Assembly: GCA_020536535.1 (NCBI GenBank)
Contig: JAHLWZ010000359.1
Coordinates: 35,588 to 99,587 of the forward strand
Direction: 5' to 3'
Length of the DNA stretch: 64,000 nt
Source: Pelomyxa schiedti
Lineage: Eukaryota > Protista > Evosea
Shown here in pieces: positions 21,573-35,061 of this stretch; the stretch's first letter is position 1, and each line of letters opens with the position of its first letter. Position numbers and translations under genes: made by a program. The notes beneath the pieces were generated by a model. The model was given only the letters and a program-made list of their open reading frames with translations. It was not told the origin of the DNA and did no database searches.

Positions 21573-22744
21573 TTTTTGAGACTATATTTTAATGATCATC
21601 ATAAATCTGTTTTCTGCAAAAAAAAATTTTCGTGTTCTTCTCAGTTGAAGTGTCAGTTACTTCGGTGGGTGAGCGCCTCGTGCAACAAGTATTCAGTCTG
21701 GTGGTTTTTGTGCTGAATGAATGCAATCCAAAAAAGCCCGGTGTAGATGGAGGAGCCCTGTGCGCTGGCTGCAGTGTTTCCTTTGGAGTCGACGTACTGG
21801 GTCCCTGTGGTTTCTGCCAACCGGTGGAGTGATTGGAGTCGAGCCATGGCGCTTGGGTGATTGGCTTTTGGGTCAGATGTCCAGCCACTACAGCATATGA
21901 AGAGAATCGGAGAAAAACGTAGTCGATGAGGCTCTGTGTTGGTTGAGTGCCGCGTTGCGCTGCCCTCGTTGCCATTATGGGTCACCTCCCCCGATGTTCG
22001 CGTCCTGCGCGAGTGCGGCGGTATGCGAGCTTCCCATAAGAGAGAGTTCAAAGGACCACTTTCAATCGGAACACCAGTTTTCCCGGATCAGGTGGCAGTG
22101 TGCACAAGACCTTGCGGGGTTCATAGAAAAGGCTATTTGACACACCGACAAAATCTCATTGCAATAGCGACCAAAAACCTTTGTCACCACGTTCCAGTCT
22201 CTCTCATCTCTGGTTGGAGAGCACTTAATTACTCGTAGTGTCAGATAGCTGGCCGACGACTCTGATACATGGCCAGTATCGAGAGAGTGTACACTCAAGC
22301 ACGGTGACATAGTTGAATGGCACCCTCAAGATGAGCTGTCCAAGCTAGGAAGTGAAAGAGCTAGAACGCCAGGGAGAAGCATTGAATCTGTTTCCTCTCA
22401 GGAGGTTCCTCCAAAGTGATTCACCACTGTTTTGACCCAGTTCCAGTCACGAAAACCACAAGAAAAAGAGCCAGAACTACCTTCAGTTCCTCCTTTCGGC
22501 AAGTCCACAACGTAGAAACCGAAGACTTGGCAGAACAGCGGGGAAATTTTGGTTTAGGGCAGTTTTCTTCTTTCCTTTTTCTTCAAAACCACGTCAAGGA
22601 AAAAGGCATTTCCCGGTCGTTTTCCATACCCCGGTTCTTCTCATAGCGACTCCCCCTTTTTAAACGGTCAAAAAACAATCAGTACCACAAGAAAAAAAAA
22701 AAGCGAACCAATCAAGAGCAACAAAGCGAAATAAAATAACACTC

Positions 22745-24935
22745 ATGGCAGCATCCACAGAAATCGAGAATGGTACACAACTTTACGTTTCCACACTGTG
22801 GCCTTACTTTACCAGTTCCCATGTTCTGCTTCCAATGCGAACAAACAGTCAAGGCCGAAGCTTGTACAGTCCGAGGCGTATGCACCAAGTGTGTTTTTTT
22901 TTTTTGGAGTTCGCCACCTCCTTTTTGCTCATTTAAATTTACAGGGATCCTCAATTGGCCGCTCTAGAGGACCATTTGATGTGGGGGCTCCAGTCTCTGT
23001 CTGTGCATGCTCAGGTCGCTCTAGATGCAAATATTGCTCTGCCTGCAAACTTTTACAAGTTCGTAGCCAAGGTTAGCTTTCCATCTCTCCCCGAGTTAAT
23101 GGGGCTTACTCTTGAATAGGGCTTGTTTGCTACTCTGACTAATGTGAACTTCTCGTGCGAAGATATTGCCTCTTTCATTCGCGAGTGTGTTGCTCTTAGG
23201 GACGTAATCAAGGGAGCTAATCCACCTCCAGCACAGCCACTTCCTGGTATTTTCCCCTTTTTTGTGGTTTATTCCTTTCTCTTACATTTCATTAAACCTA
23301 GCTGTTGCTGCTTGGGCACCCGGAACAACAATTCCCGAGTTGGTTACCGAAGCTAGAGCGTACTTGATCCCTAAGCGCTTTGCTAGACTTGGAAAGGGTG
23401 AGATTTCCTCTGTTTAGTATTTTTCTCTCATTTATTGAAGATCGAGTGTGTTTGCAAGAACTTCTTATGTACGGCCTCAAGGGAGTTGCTGCTTACTACT
23501 TCCACGCTCTAGTTCTTTCGATGGCCAATGACGATATTGGCAAGTTCTGTGTTAAAGCTCTTGCTTTCGTGGTATGAGTATTTTTTTGACTCTATAGTAC
23601 CTAACTATGATAGCACAAGGAAGAACCCACAATAGATGAACTCCTGGGGATGTGCCTTGAATGCGGAAAAAGTACTTTTTCCTGTCCAATTTCATCACTG
23701 ATGGAGTATAGTTAACCTTGCGGCTATGGAGCTCCTGGACAAGGCCAACACAACGCACTATGGCAACCCCGAGCCAACTCAGGTTCTCTGGGCTAAGACT
23801 CCTCAGGCTGCCAAAGTCGGGAAGGCAATCCTCGTCTCAGGACATGACTTGCTGGAACTGGAGGAACTCCTCAAGGCTACTGAGGGCAAAGGCATCAACG
23901 TGTGGACTCATGGAGAGATGCTCCCGTGCAATGCATACCCTCTTCTCAAGAAGTTCCCACATCTTGCTGGTCACTATGGAACAGCATGGCAGAATCAGAA
24001 ACGAGAGTTCGAGGCATTCCCTGGTCCTATCTTTATGACCACCAACTGCTATATCCCAGCTCCTCCATCGTAAGTGCAACATCTTGGTATTCCACTTTCT
24101 CACATTAATATAGATACGTTCACCGAGTATTTGCAGCTACACCCGTCGGCGGTGTTGATGTAAAGCAGCGTGAGAACTTCGAGGCGATGATTCAATCCGC
24201 TCTAGAGATGCCAGGATTCCTGGAGCCCACTGAGCCCCTCTCTCACCTTACTATCGGGTTCGCACACAACACTGTTCTTGGTGTTGCCGGAACAGTCATT
24301 GACGCAGTCAAGAGCGGTGCCTTGCGACGTATCTTCCTTATTGGTGGCTGTGATGGATTTGAAAAGGAGCGCAACTATTACACAGAGGTGACTCTCCCCT
24401 CTTTTTGTAGCTTTCTCCGTCTCATTGTATTTCTAGTTTGCCGAGAAAGTTCCAGCTGACTGCTTGATTCTTACCTTGGCCTGTGGCAAATTCAAAATTA
24501 ACATGAGAGATTACGGGACACTCGGTGGACTGCCCAGATTGTTGGATATGGGACAGTGCAATGATGCCTACTCGGCCATCAAGGTGGCTGTGGCACTTGC
24601 AGGCGCATTCAACACTGACGTCAACTCTCTGCCGCTTTCCATGATTCTCTCTTGGTTTTTTCCTCCTCCAATCTCAATATCCCCACACTAATGCCCACCC
24701 AAGGTTTGAACAAAAGGCTGTTGCCATTCTTCTCACCCTGCTATCTTTGGGAATCAAGAACATCTATGTGGGACCTCGCGTGCCAGCATTTTTCACAGTA
24801 AGAGCCTCCCCAATGTATATAACTGTCCTAACCACGCAACAGCCAACAATTCTGGGTGTTTTGGTGGAGAAATTCTCTCTTCACGTAGTTGGGAATCCCG
24901 ACGATGACCTCAGGACCATTCTCGGAACACACTGA
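22745..24935 (+). CDS. hcp: Hybrid cluster protein (prismane; hydroxylamine/NO reductase); multi-exon
   Basis: MFCFQCEQT...[34 protein letters not shown]...[60 protein letters not shown]|[13 protein letters not shown]. Confidence 0.96.
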
Positions 24936-25103
24936 GTCCCCAATTGGCAGGCTAATTGGCCAACAACAATGTGCCCGTAATAGAAAGAAAAGAAAAAAAG
25001 GCTCTGTGGCCCTTGAGTTGTCATACGAAACGTCTCTTTATTTTTTTTTCTCTGGACCAGACCATTTCTACAATTTGGATCTTGAAAGAGGGAGTTGGGC
25101 TGT

Positions 25104-26845
25104 ATGAGTGGACCGAGCCGAGGCATTTCTTGTTTCTCGTTTGTGAGTGGTCTGGGTGTGGGCGCTGCGGCAGTGGCTGTTGGGTGTTGGTTGTATCGCC
25201 GCCGGAAGACCGACAACGCCGCGACACCCCTTGGCGACATCAGCTCTTCGTCGCGTCTCTCGAGAGAAGATCTCCCGCCTGAAATGACTCCTCTGTCGCA
25301 CTCTGTTGGTTTTGTGAAGGAGATCTCTGGGAGCGACGGGGCGGTGGCGTTGAGCTTGCGTGACAGGGTAGAGGGAATGTTCCTCACGATGGCCGTTGGC
25401 GATGCTTTGGGAATACCGTTCGAAACTATGACGCAGGAACAAGTGGCCCGAATTCTGGGTGACAGCAATTACCCTGCTTACTTCCCGCCCTCTCTGAACA
25501 AACTAGTTCCTCCTGATCACCCAAAAGGTATGATTTGCTTTTATTGTTGGCAAGTTCCACTGCAGTTGTTCTCCCTTCATCACAAGAACAACATCAGTGA
25601 GCAACTGCAGTTTGCTGTGGTAGTGTCCTACAAACCTTTGTTTTAAATGGACCATTTCTTTCCAGGCTGTTGGACAGATGATACTCAGGTTCTTCCCTTT
25701 TTTCTTATCCTTCTACTAACTTGTTAATAGTTGAGCATGGCCATGGGACGCGGTATTATTCACTCTGTGAGAAACCTTGGAGTGTGTACATTGCATGAAT
25801 GTTCGATCCATTAGTGACTTCTTCACAAAGCAAATTAGAGTTGTCATGCATTCAATAGTGAACGAGCACGTAACAGAGTGGTTCAAATCGACTGCGGGAT
25901 GGGGTGGAACAAAGGACTCTGTTCAAGCAATAGCAGAAGGAAATGTCACTTGGAAACAATCAGGTTTTCTTATTAATTATGAGTTGCAACTTACCTGAGA
26001 AAAGGAAGACCCAGTGCTGTTGGCAATGGCATCTTAATGAAATTGGCTCCTCTGGCATTGTATTACCACTTTGTCCCAGATGCAACCTTGTCGAGGCAAC
26101 ACAAAATTGAGGATGTGATGGTACTGTTCCATCTCTCGGTTAAACGATCTAAGTCCGGCAAGACTCTTAGCAGGGTGACACATCCCGGACCCGTACCATT
26201 GTACACAGCCTGCTTTCATTATGTATTTTTAGATGATATATTCAGGTTTGCTAGAAAAACCGTGAAGTCATGAAACCACTTACTGTTGAACACAAGTCAA
26301 TCCCCTGCAAGCTTGTTAAAACAGCAAAAGCGTGCCGAACTTCTGCGTGGTCTCATCCCTGAGGCTGAATATTTTGAACGTGAAATGCTTCCCCCTAATG
26401 TGCTTGGTTTGCTGTCCTACCCACAACCAAGTCCAATATAATTCCACAGAAAGGAACTTGTCATCGAGAATCAAAGCCCTGCTTCAATGTGAATCTTCAT
26501 ACCACCCATGGCCCACAACAGAGGAGATCCTTTCAATTTCCGGTGGTGCCACTTTCCAAGCTATAGACTCTTTAACTGCTGTGTGTGGCTTGTTTCTCCA
26601 GGTAACATCGCACATACTTGCCATGGTTAACTTTTTACCAGGAGCCATTTGGCTTTGACACTGTGGTGCGTGCAACCAAAATGGGAGGCGACACAGACTC
26701 CAATGCGGCCATCATTGGCACCATCGTGGGTTATATCTTGGGACCTCAGTGCATACCCAGGCACCTTCTTGATGGCCTGGCGTCACACTCCATTGTTGCT
26801 CAACACGCCACTGACTTTGCCAATTTACTCTCTGGGATGTTGTGA
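25104..26845 (+). CDS. ADP-ribosylglycohydrolase (ARH3/DraG family) with N-terminal signal-anchor; multi-exon
   Basis: DRVEGMFLTMAVGDALGIPFE, WTDDTQ, GNGILMKLAPLAL, VTH, GGDTDSNAAIIGTIVG; N-terminal GLGVGAAAVAVGCWLYRRRK. Confidence 0.88.
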
Positions 26846-27001
26846 TGACAAACCAATGTTCCCACTCTTGTTCCCTCCTTACAAGTCAAAAATACAGTTT
26901 CTACTTTCTTCCTCCGACCACAATTTTCAAAAAGAAAAACCGTACCGCATGTTTGTGTGTCATTTGTAATAAGAATTCAACCATCAACACTTTGTTACCT
27001 G

Positions 27002-28339
27002 ATGTCAACCACCGATAGCAGACAACAACACCGTTTTGGCAAAGTGGTTGTTGTAGAACCCCCCTCGGATACACTGCACGATGCAGGGACCCATAATTCT
27101 CATTCGTGGCCGTGTCTCACGGCCAGGGAGCAGGTGGGGGTGTTGGCTGCTGGCGCCCACCCGCGCTGTGGTGCCTGTTGCGCATTGTTGGTACCTATTT
27201 TGGCGATTATGGGAGGATGTGGCGACGGCGCAGGAGGGGAATTTGACAGCACGTTGGTGCTGAGGGTGCTGTGGAATTGGATTATGGGACATTCCAGGTT
27301 CTACTGCATCAGGTTCCACACCACTGGCTCTCATGTGGTTATGATGACTTTTGGTGTGTCACCACTACTGCTGACACTTACACATAAAATGAAGTGGTGG
27401 GTTGACAGGGCCACTGAGTCATTAATGGGGGCTACTCAGCATTACTTGATGGTTCAAAGAGGCCCACTGTGCTTTCTGCAGGACGTTGTGACAGGCCAAA
27501 GGGTGCCGTTCTGGACAAAGAAGAAACACTCCTGGAATGCCTGCTTGAACTCTAAGTGGTTTGCTTGCTGTGACCGGTCGTCAAGAAAGAAACTCCTTCT
27601 AATCGAGCTTCCAAAGCTGTACCCAATGGGTTCAACTTCCCTTGAACGGCAGACAACCGTTGTGCCACTGAGTGTTTGCAGCAGGAAGAAGCACTGCCAG
27701 CTGTCACTTGGCAGCTACAACGATAATCATCTCTTGATTTGCTTCGGAAATCACCTTTTCTTTTCGACCGATTGTGAGTTTCTTCTTGTGGACCTGGTGC
27801 AAACCACTCGCACCAAAACCCTTGCAGTTCTGAGCCTAACTGTTCCTCTATGTGCTGGCCTGTGCCTTCCTAACCTTGACCCAATTGTCTGGGGTGATCA
27901 ATGTGTATTGGCCAATCCAAGAACCGGGGGTTCTCGCTCTATTATTGTGATGTCAGAGGGTGCTGACTTCGCCATTAGCATTGAGGAAGCAACAGGAAAA
28001 ATTCAACCCATCCAATCCCATATGATTGGGGTTGGGGACGATGACTCTAGGTCATTGTCACTTCTCAGCCAGTCACAGTTCTGCATAACCACCGAAAAAG
28101 CGGAGGATTCCTACGAAGTGTGGGATGTCAATGACACAGCCAGGCCCATCAGGACACCAGGGTTCCGCGAAGGGTGCACGGCGGCTCACGCATTTGTTGA
28201 AGGTGGACTGCTGTTCCATATGAGCGAATCACTCACGGAAATGCACGTGACTGAGGAGTCCTCTGGTGCCCCGGTCATTGCTTTCAAGTTACTCGAACGA
28301 CTGAAGGAAGTCACTAAACATTTCTCCTTTCACCCATGA
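27002..28339 (+). CDS. Intronless hypothetical protein of a lineage-expanded family (paralogue of 35757-36980)
   Basis: ~445-codon uninterrupted ORF; shares REQ...RCGA, FGVSP, N.KW...C, F.LVD..QT..T.TL.V.S.T, S.S.FC, WD.N.T..P.R, V.E..SG..V..F with the second copy. Confidence 0.8.
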   Translation: MSTTDSRQQHRFGKVVVVEPPSDTLHDAGTHNSHSWPCLTAREQVGVLAAGAHPRCGACCALLVPILAIMGGCGDGAGGEFDSTLVLRVLWNWIMGHSRFYCIRFHTTGSHVVMMTFGVSPLLLTLTHKMKWWVDRATESLMGATQHYLMVQRGPLCFLQDVVTGQRVPFWTKKKHSWNACLNSKWFACCDRSSRKKLLLIELPKLYPMGSTSLERQTTVVPLSVCSRKKHCQLSLGSYNDNHLLICFGNHLFFSTDCEFLLVDLVQTTRTKTLAVLSLTVPLCAGLCLPNLDPIVWGDQCVLANPRTGGSRSIIVMSEGADFAISIEEATGKIQPIQSHMIGVGDDDSRSLSLLSQSQFCITTEKAEDSYEVWDVNDTARPIRTPGFREGCTAAHAFVEGGLLFHMSESLTEMHVTEESSGAPVIAFKLLERLKEVTKHFSFHP

Positions 28340-28559
28340 AACTCCATTGTGCCCCCTGAAGCAAGCCGGCAACCCCACAAAGTGCCCTCTGATCTTGACT
28401 GTCTGGAACCTCAACGATCTCGCCAATTTTTCAGTTTCGGCATGCGGTGTCTCCATTTCCCTCTAATTGAAATTTATCGAATAGTGCGATGTATTGTACT
28501 CCACTGTGTAGTATAAACGTAGTTATCCTATAATTTTACTTGTTTTCATTGTTTTTACA

Positions 28560-31500
28560 TTAGTGGCGGGATGGTTGTGATCGCGAACTTGGAGGTGAGT
28601 TTGGAGGTGTTGAGTGTGCTGTACAGTTAGTGTCACAGTGCGGGCATACAAATTGGCGGGATTCATCAGAGGGAGGGGTGAATAACAACAACGGTGGGAT
28701 CAGCAAGGTTGCTGTAAGTTGGGCCTCAACCTCCGCTTTCTTGTATATCTTTTCAGAGATGCGCCGGGACTTGGGCATAAGGCTATTTTTGCCTCCAAGA
28801 AGTATGACTGTGGCTGCTCCGGCAACACCAATGGCTGGCCGAATGACAACACCAGGAACTTTGTGTACAAGTGCCCAGGGTCCCATCTGCGGAAGCAAAA
28901 TTACTTGTGGGTAAGTGGGTTTGGTTGGGTAGTACTATGACTCCTGTGTTGCTTATTTCTTGAAACAACTCAACAGTAATGCCGCTGAAACCAGAACAAA
29001 CGCCATCCACAATTTCTCCAGCCCCTCGTACAAGGCCTGTGCAATGTCAATAGTTGGTTTTTTCTTTTTGTTGTTTCTTTTTTACCTTCGGCTAAATTTT
29101 TTGGTTGATCGGCATAGATACTGTCCTTTTGTTCGTAGTCACTGCTTCCTACAATGCCGTGATCTATCCGGGTTAGTGCCCCATGAGCGGTTTTCGTTAC
29201 CCTACAAGCTGTAGGCCAAATAAAGAGTGAAAGGATATCACAGATACCCTGTAGCTGCGTTAATAACCCCAACTCCAACTCTGTTTACAATATTGCCGCG
29301 AGAGACCTAGAATGTTTTTAGAGACACAAGAGCGCTTTTCTGGGGTTGCATACTGTGTCTCTCTCCGTCAGGTTTGTTACATACTTCACTGGTTTCAAGG
29401 ACCAGAAGAAGCCCAAGACCTATAACCTGGTGTTAGCAGGCACCCATACTTCCTGCTAGTATCATACTTCTGCGGTGGATAAACTGAACCAAGATTGACA
29501 TATAGTGGAAACAACAACAGGTAAGATAGCATTCTACTAATTGTTATTGACTGTAATTGAGATCAAACCACTCACTGTTAACTTTATCTCCCTCAAAGTC
29601 AAACGAGCTTTTTGAAGAGGAAAAAGTTTTGCTGCCTCTACACCTGTTATTGAATGGTTGTTGTCAGGGTACGTGGATGTGTGTATCAGGTGTACCTTTT
29701 ATCAGATGTTCTTTCACGTTAAATGGTCTATAATTTATTTCCACTTCAACTTTCTTGATATGAAAAGTGGCTGGGAGAAAAGCAAGATGAACAATGAAAA
29801 AAACAAAGTAAAATTCTTCCAACCACAATATGTCTGAGGAGAATCAACAGTGTAATCAATACTTTCACTACTTTCCACAAAAGGTTTCTTCTCTGGATCG
29901 AATGTCAAGAAGCACACAATAAATTCAAATGCTGCTTGATCAACAAACAGCTTCAGAGGTGATACTTCAACCTTTTTGTTGGTAAGGGTAGCATAAATTG
30001 CGTGTAAGTAGAACCTCAATTCCCAGACTCATATTAGGATAAACAAGAAGAGTTGTATGCGCTAGGTTTACATTCTCAGCTGCCGTAGCAAACATGGTCC
30101 TTTTTTAGTGAGGTAAAAACTACAGTAAGAGAAAACTAACTTCCATGTTGACTTGCGCATATGATCTTCAATTGTGCACTTCACATCAGCTGTGACAGCA
30201 ATTGCTGCAGATTCTGGTTTGGGGATCCCAGGCAATTGGTTGGAAGGCGCGGCAAAAGCTTTTGTGTTGCAGGAGACTCTGAGAGTAGTAACGTCGAGAT
30301 TCACAAAAAGTGCGCTGACATTCCCTTTGCTACTCACTCGGACTTCGAGCAATGTTAGAGTGTTTGCGAGGGAGTAACTTACATATGTTTGCTAGAGGGA
30401 GGGAGTCATAAAAGTCATGGTATTCTTTGTATCGACAATAACTTAACAGTCGGACCTGGAGTGATAAACCACGCTTGCCGAGATCGAGTGCGATATCTCG
30501 GGTTACTGTACCATATGAACTGTCGGCTGTTTTATGGCCACTACTACTCAAAGCAGATATATCATGCCAACTTTCTTCCTCATTTGTATCCTACAGTACA
30601 GTAAGAGTGTGAAATGACCTATATTGTGCCTACACAATAATTGTCAGTGATTACAAGTGGGGCTAGCACATTAGTGTCACTTAGTTGTGCAGCTGACGTT
30701 GTTTGAGGTGCAGTTGGTATTCCTGTAGAAGCCGTGACCGAGGGAGCCTGAAGTTTTCCTATGACTGGGGGTTTATTTGCAGGCAAGCTCTGCAATGGAT
30801 TTGAGGGTACTGGTGCTGTAGAAGACGGTTTGGTGCTAATACTTTGAGTTGGGCCGATGTCTGTATAAGAAGAGATTATATCCACTGTAATTCCCGTTGT
30901 TTTTTTCTTTTCCCGACTGGAAATGATAAGGACCTGTTGGGAGAAGAAGAAAAACGCACATTACTGCAAAGTATTCAGCGACCTGACTGGCTAACTTCTG
31001 GAGCAGTAAATATTCATCAACGCAAAGCACTAACACCAATTTACTGCCAAATTCTACAGTAACCTGAAGCCAGTGTTGGTAAACATAAACCTGGAAAATT
31101 GTTTTACCATCTTCAACGGAGCTGTGCCATTGCTGAATGCACACGTGACTTCAAGTACGTTGTCACTTGGCGTCAAGTTATCAAAGTGCGCTTGAGCGTA
31201 TAGATTCACAGTCCAGGGATTCACCTACACAATTTATCACTTCTTGCAGAAAGACAGAGGTTGGTGACCTCAGCAGACAGAAGCTGTGGGACAGTGGAAG
31301 TCAGCAGTTCACAGTCGGGGTATAAAACAGTTCTGCGTGTGCACAACCATATGTGCTTCATTTGAAATTTTATGTTCCTCTGAGGTTGCTGGTCTCCTGG
31401 TGGCTGACACGGCTCACCCACAACCGTGATATCATGCAAGAAAAGGGCGGCAGTAAAAGGATGAGAAGAAGAGGAGCGTGCATGAAGAACAATCTGGTGT

Positions 31501-34500
31501 GTCTTCAGGACAAGGTTACTTGGAGAAATGGAGGCAGGGGCTGAGGGTGCAAGGTTTGGTTGGTCGGACGGTACATCAGACAGAATGAAGTTCGAGAATG
31601 ACTGTAGGACAGCAATATTTAGGCCAAATAAAATGGGTTTCAGTTGAATTCTTGTTCCATCAAAGTTTTGAAACTTGGATCCATCAGAAAACCCAAAAGG
31701 GAAAAAGCTCAATACCATGAAGTCGCTAACGAGCACAGTTAGGGGAGGGAGTGAAAGTTCTGAGCTCAGCAAGAGTGAATTGGGGTTTAAGGTTGAAACG
31801 AGAACTGTGGGATATTTGTGTCTATCATAGGCCTTATGTAGAACGCAAAGATAGTTGGTTGATACGTAACACAACATCGAATTCTGGAGATTGTCATCTC
31901 TAAGGATGAAAAAGGGGCGAGAAAACTGAATTCTTGTAATCTAGTACAGTGAGCAATGATAGGAAATTGGATTTCAGTGTTATCTCTTGCTCTTTTACTG
32001 TATCCTCAACAAGAGAAATTGATACTGGGAATGAAAAGTGAGGTGGTTTGTATTACTGCTGAAACTCACATTGATTGACCGCGACAAATAATGACATCAT
32101 CCCTCGGGAATCTGACTTGAAAAGTGGGAGTAAGGCCTGCACATACTTCAGCACAGGGGCACTCAAACGTCCACATATTTCTGGTAAAAACGCTCCAACA
32201 AATGCCGGCTATTTTTTTTTAAGAGACTAGAGGATGTGGGAAGTTTGTGAGATACAGATTCGTCCAATATACAAGAGATTTCGTTGTCATCTATGGGGTC
32301 AACAATACCAGGACCAATGAAACGAACAAAGGGATCCAAAAACTTCCTAGAAATGCCCTGTAATAATGTGAACAACCATGATGTGTGCATTACGTCACCT
32401 ACATCTGTAGAAAATGAAGCCTTCGCCGTTCTGGAGGCCTCAGTTGTCCCATTAGTGAAGCATGACAATCCACAGCAAGAATAGAAATTTGGATCAGATG
32501 AACCCTGGTGGTTGAGTAGACAAAGAGTGGGCATTGGTTGCCCGTGCTTGTGGGATACGGTAATAAACTCAGTTTCTTCATTGGATACTCGTAAGGGAAT
32601 GTGAAATTGGTACAAAATACCGTTGGGCTCCCAAGTCTTCACAGAAAGTTGCGAGAACGAGAGAAGTGCCGCAGACGCGTTGTGAGAGTAATCAGTGGTG
32701 ACAAAGAAACGTAATTCCGTCACACAGAATTCTAACTTCCTTACTGGCGGTGGAGGGACTCTAAAAAAGTGTTATACTGTCGGGTGTTCGGTTTTGTCAA
32801 TCCTACCTGAGAACAGAGTCAGAATTGGAAGGGATCACCACAGAGAGGTTAATTGTCCCCAGCAGGTATGCAGATTCCAAGGTCCCTGTTGAGTGTGGAG
32901 GGTCTCTGAGGCATCCATAAGTAAGGAATCAAAGGGGCAGTTACAAAGAGGATTATACTTGGGCACTATTGGAGGTGCTGCACTCTTCGATTTTTGGAAT
33001 GATTCTAACTGGGTCCCAACTGATTGCCACATAGTAATAAATGATGAAGCAAGTGGCGCACTCCACACCATTTTAACTGGTGCCAGTTCGAGTTTGTGAG
33101 AAGTGGCTAATGGGTGGGAAATGGACAAATTATGAGATAAAAAGATCATTCAGAAAGTATGTACTTGAGAGGATAAATGAATATTGCATTGCTTTTTTAG
33201 TACTGCAATCACAAGCTATCTTTCCACAATCATGCACAAGTTCTAACACAATAGTCTATTGCGAAATTGGTCAGCTGAAATGTAAGTAGAAAAAACCTCA
33301 TCGAGTTGACTAGAAGGAGCCTCTTCAATGCCTATAAGAAGATTACAAATTGGAGATTATGGCATCAAAGTACTGGTAATGGCAGCAACTCGATCAATTG
33401 AAAAAGTCACTTGATCAGAAAGGGAAAAGGAAGTGTTTCTTATTTGTAGTGCAAACAATCTATGGGCCTTTGTTCCTTTATCAGGTACAACAGGAAGTTC
33501 AACATCAATTAAGACATCCTGAAATTCAACTGCAACAGTCAATGTCTTGTTCATTTGTCACTTCATCCCAAGAAAGTAGCAACAAGGAGACTTACCAGTG
33601 GAACACTGGAAGCAGTTTCCTTTTCAGCTAGTTTTGCCTGTTTTTTGTTTTGGTGAGAGGTGCGGGTAGAACAAGGAAAACAACTAAAAAAATGGAAAAT
33701 GTACAGTAATGACAGTCTCATCCTGGGATTGACTGGCAGGAGTGCAGCTACTCACATTTGCCACAGAACATACTGAGGGAGCTGGCACTGACCATTTGTC
33801 AATTACAGAACATATTTGCCTTAACAGAGCAGGAAAGGTTTCTGGTATGTGCAGGTGAAATTGGTTCTGCAGTTTCGTTTGCATATAGCTTTAAGAAGAG
33901 ACTTCATACAGGAATTGGTGAATTGGATGCAATAGAAATAGTTGTTGGTCGTTCGCGCTCATCGAAAGTGAGTGTGACATTAATTTGAAGCACATCAGTG
34001 CCGCTTATCTCAAACAGAGAATGTTGTACAGAGGTGGAGTCTTAAAAGAGGGAGTCAAATTGTAAATGAGGCAAAAATTGGAACCTATTTGTGACAGCCT
34101 TACATTAGCCATCTTCAATACACGAGGTAACTGCTTTCCAGCAAGAGTACTGCCAATTGCTTTCATTTCATCCAGTGAAGAAAATGATAGTGCCTCAACA
34201 TGAAGTACTAATGTGGACTCTCTATCGGTTTTGAGGTGACAGGAAAGTTTTGGTGTAAAAATGGCTCACCCCAAGTCAATCTGAAAAGTGATATTTGAAA
34301 CTTCCAACTTGAGGCTGAATATCGCACTAGTAATAACGGTTGAGAGAGTTTCCTGTGCTTGTATACCAATTTCGCTGTCATCTTCATCCTCCTCCTCATC
34401 TTCATATCCACTGGTGATTATTTGAGTTTCTCATCTAAAAGATACACCAACCTTTGAGGAAGGTTTGAAGTATGTGGAGCATCAGCAGTTCTCGGCTTGA

Positions 34501-35061
34501 ACGCTGCTTGAGGTGGTTGAGGTGGCTGAGAGGTGACACCCAAAGCAAGATTGACACCATGTACTTCTACATGTGAAATGCCAGGGTCACCCGATGTGTT
34601 GTGCCAGTAGAGGTGCAATTTGAGCATTTGTATTTTACATGAAACCACCGTCAAAGGGTACATGCCAGGCGACAACAAAGTATTGAGTACCTAGTGGTTT
34701 TTTTAAAAAAAACCCATTAAATACGTGAAAGTAAAAAAAAAAAAAAAGGGGAAAAAACCCCCAAAAAAAGACAGACAGCATGAGGCCCCCCAAAAAACAA
34801 ACAAACCTCTACGTTGACTTCCACGTTCTCCAACTTGGCCTCGGCGTTGCCGTTTTGGTCAGACAGCACCACGCACAACCCGCTGTCGAACCCCGGCCGC
34901 AGCCACGGCGACAGCAGCCTGCCGACGAACATCCTCACGCCCGACATGATCGCGCTCGTCGCCGCCGACGCCGCGGTGCTCGCTGCCGTCGTCAGCGCCG
35001 CCGACGCCGCCGTCACCGCCATCTTGGACACCGCGCTCGCCGCTCGCCGCACGTACCACAT
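28560..35061 (-). CDS. ATG2: Autophagy lipid-transfer protein ATG2 (VPS13/ATG2 family); many exons
   Basis: N-terminal chorein-like segment (GRLLSPWL...LENVEVNVE...PLTVVSCKIQMLKLHLYW); C-terminal VSPLKLFVDQAAFEF, EINYRP, SIYADQPKNLAEG, VPGVVIRPAIGVAGAATVILLGGKNSL...EKIYK. Confidence 0.85.

Noticed and set aside
22745-26845. hcp next to a DraG-like gene as a transferred nitrogen-metabolism operon
   Set aside because: Both are independently intron-rich with separate eukaryote-style starts; no other evidence of a functional link
29211-29246. ATATCCTTT on the minus strand in ATG2, resembling a U12 donor
   Set aside because: It lies inside an ordinary GT-AG intron whose donor is 9 nt upstream, and an in-frame TGA overlaps its first base
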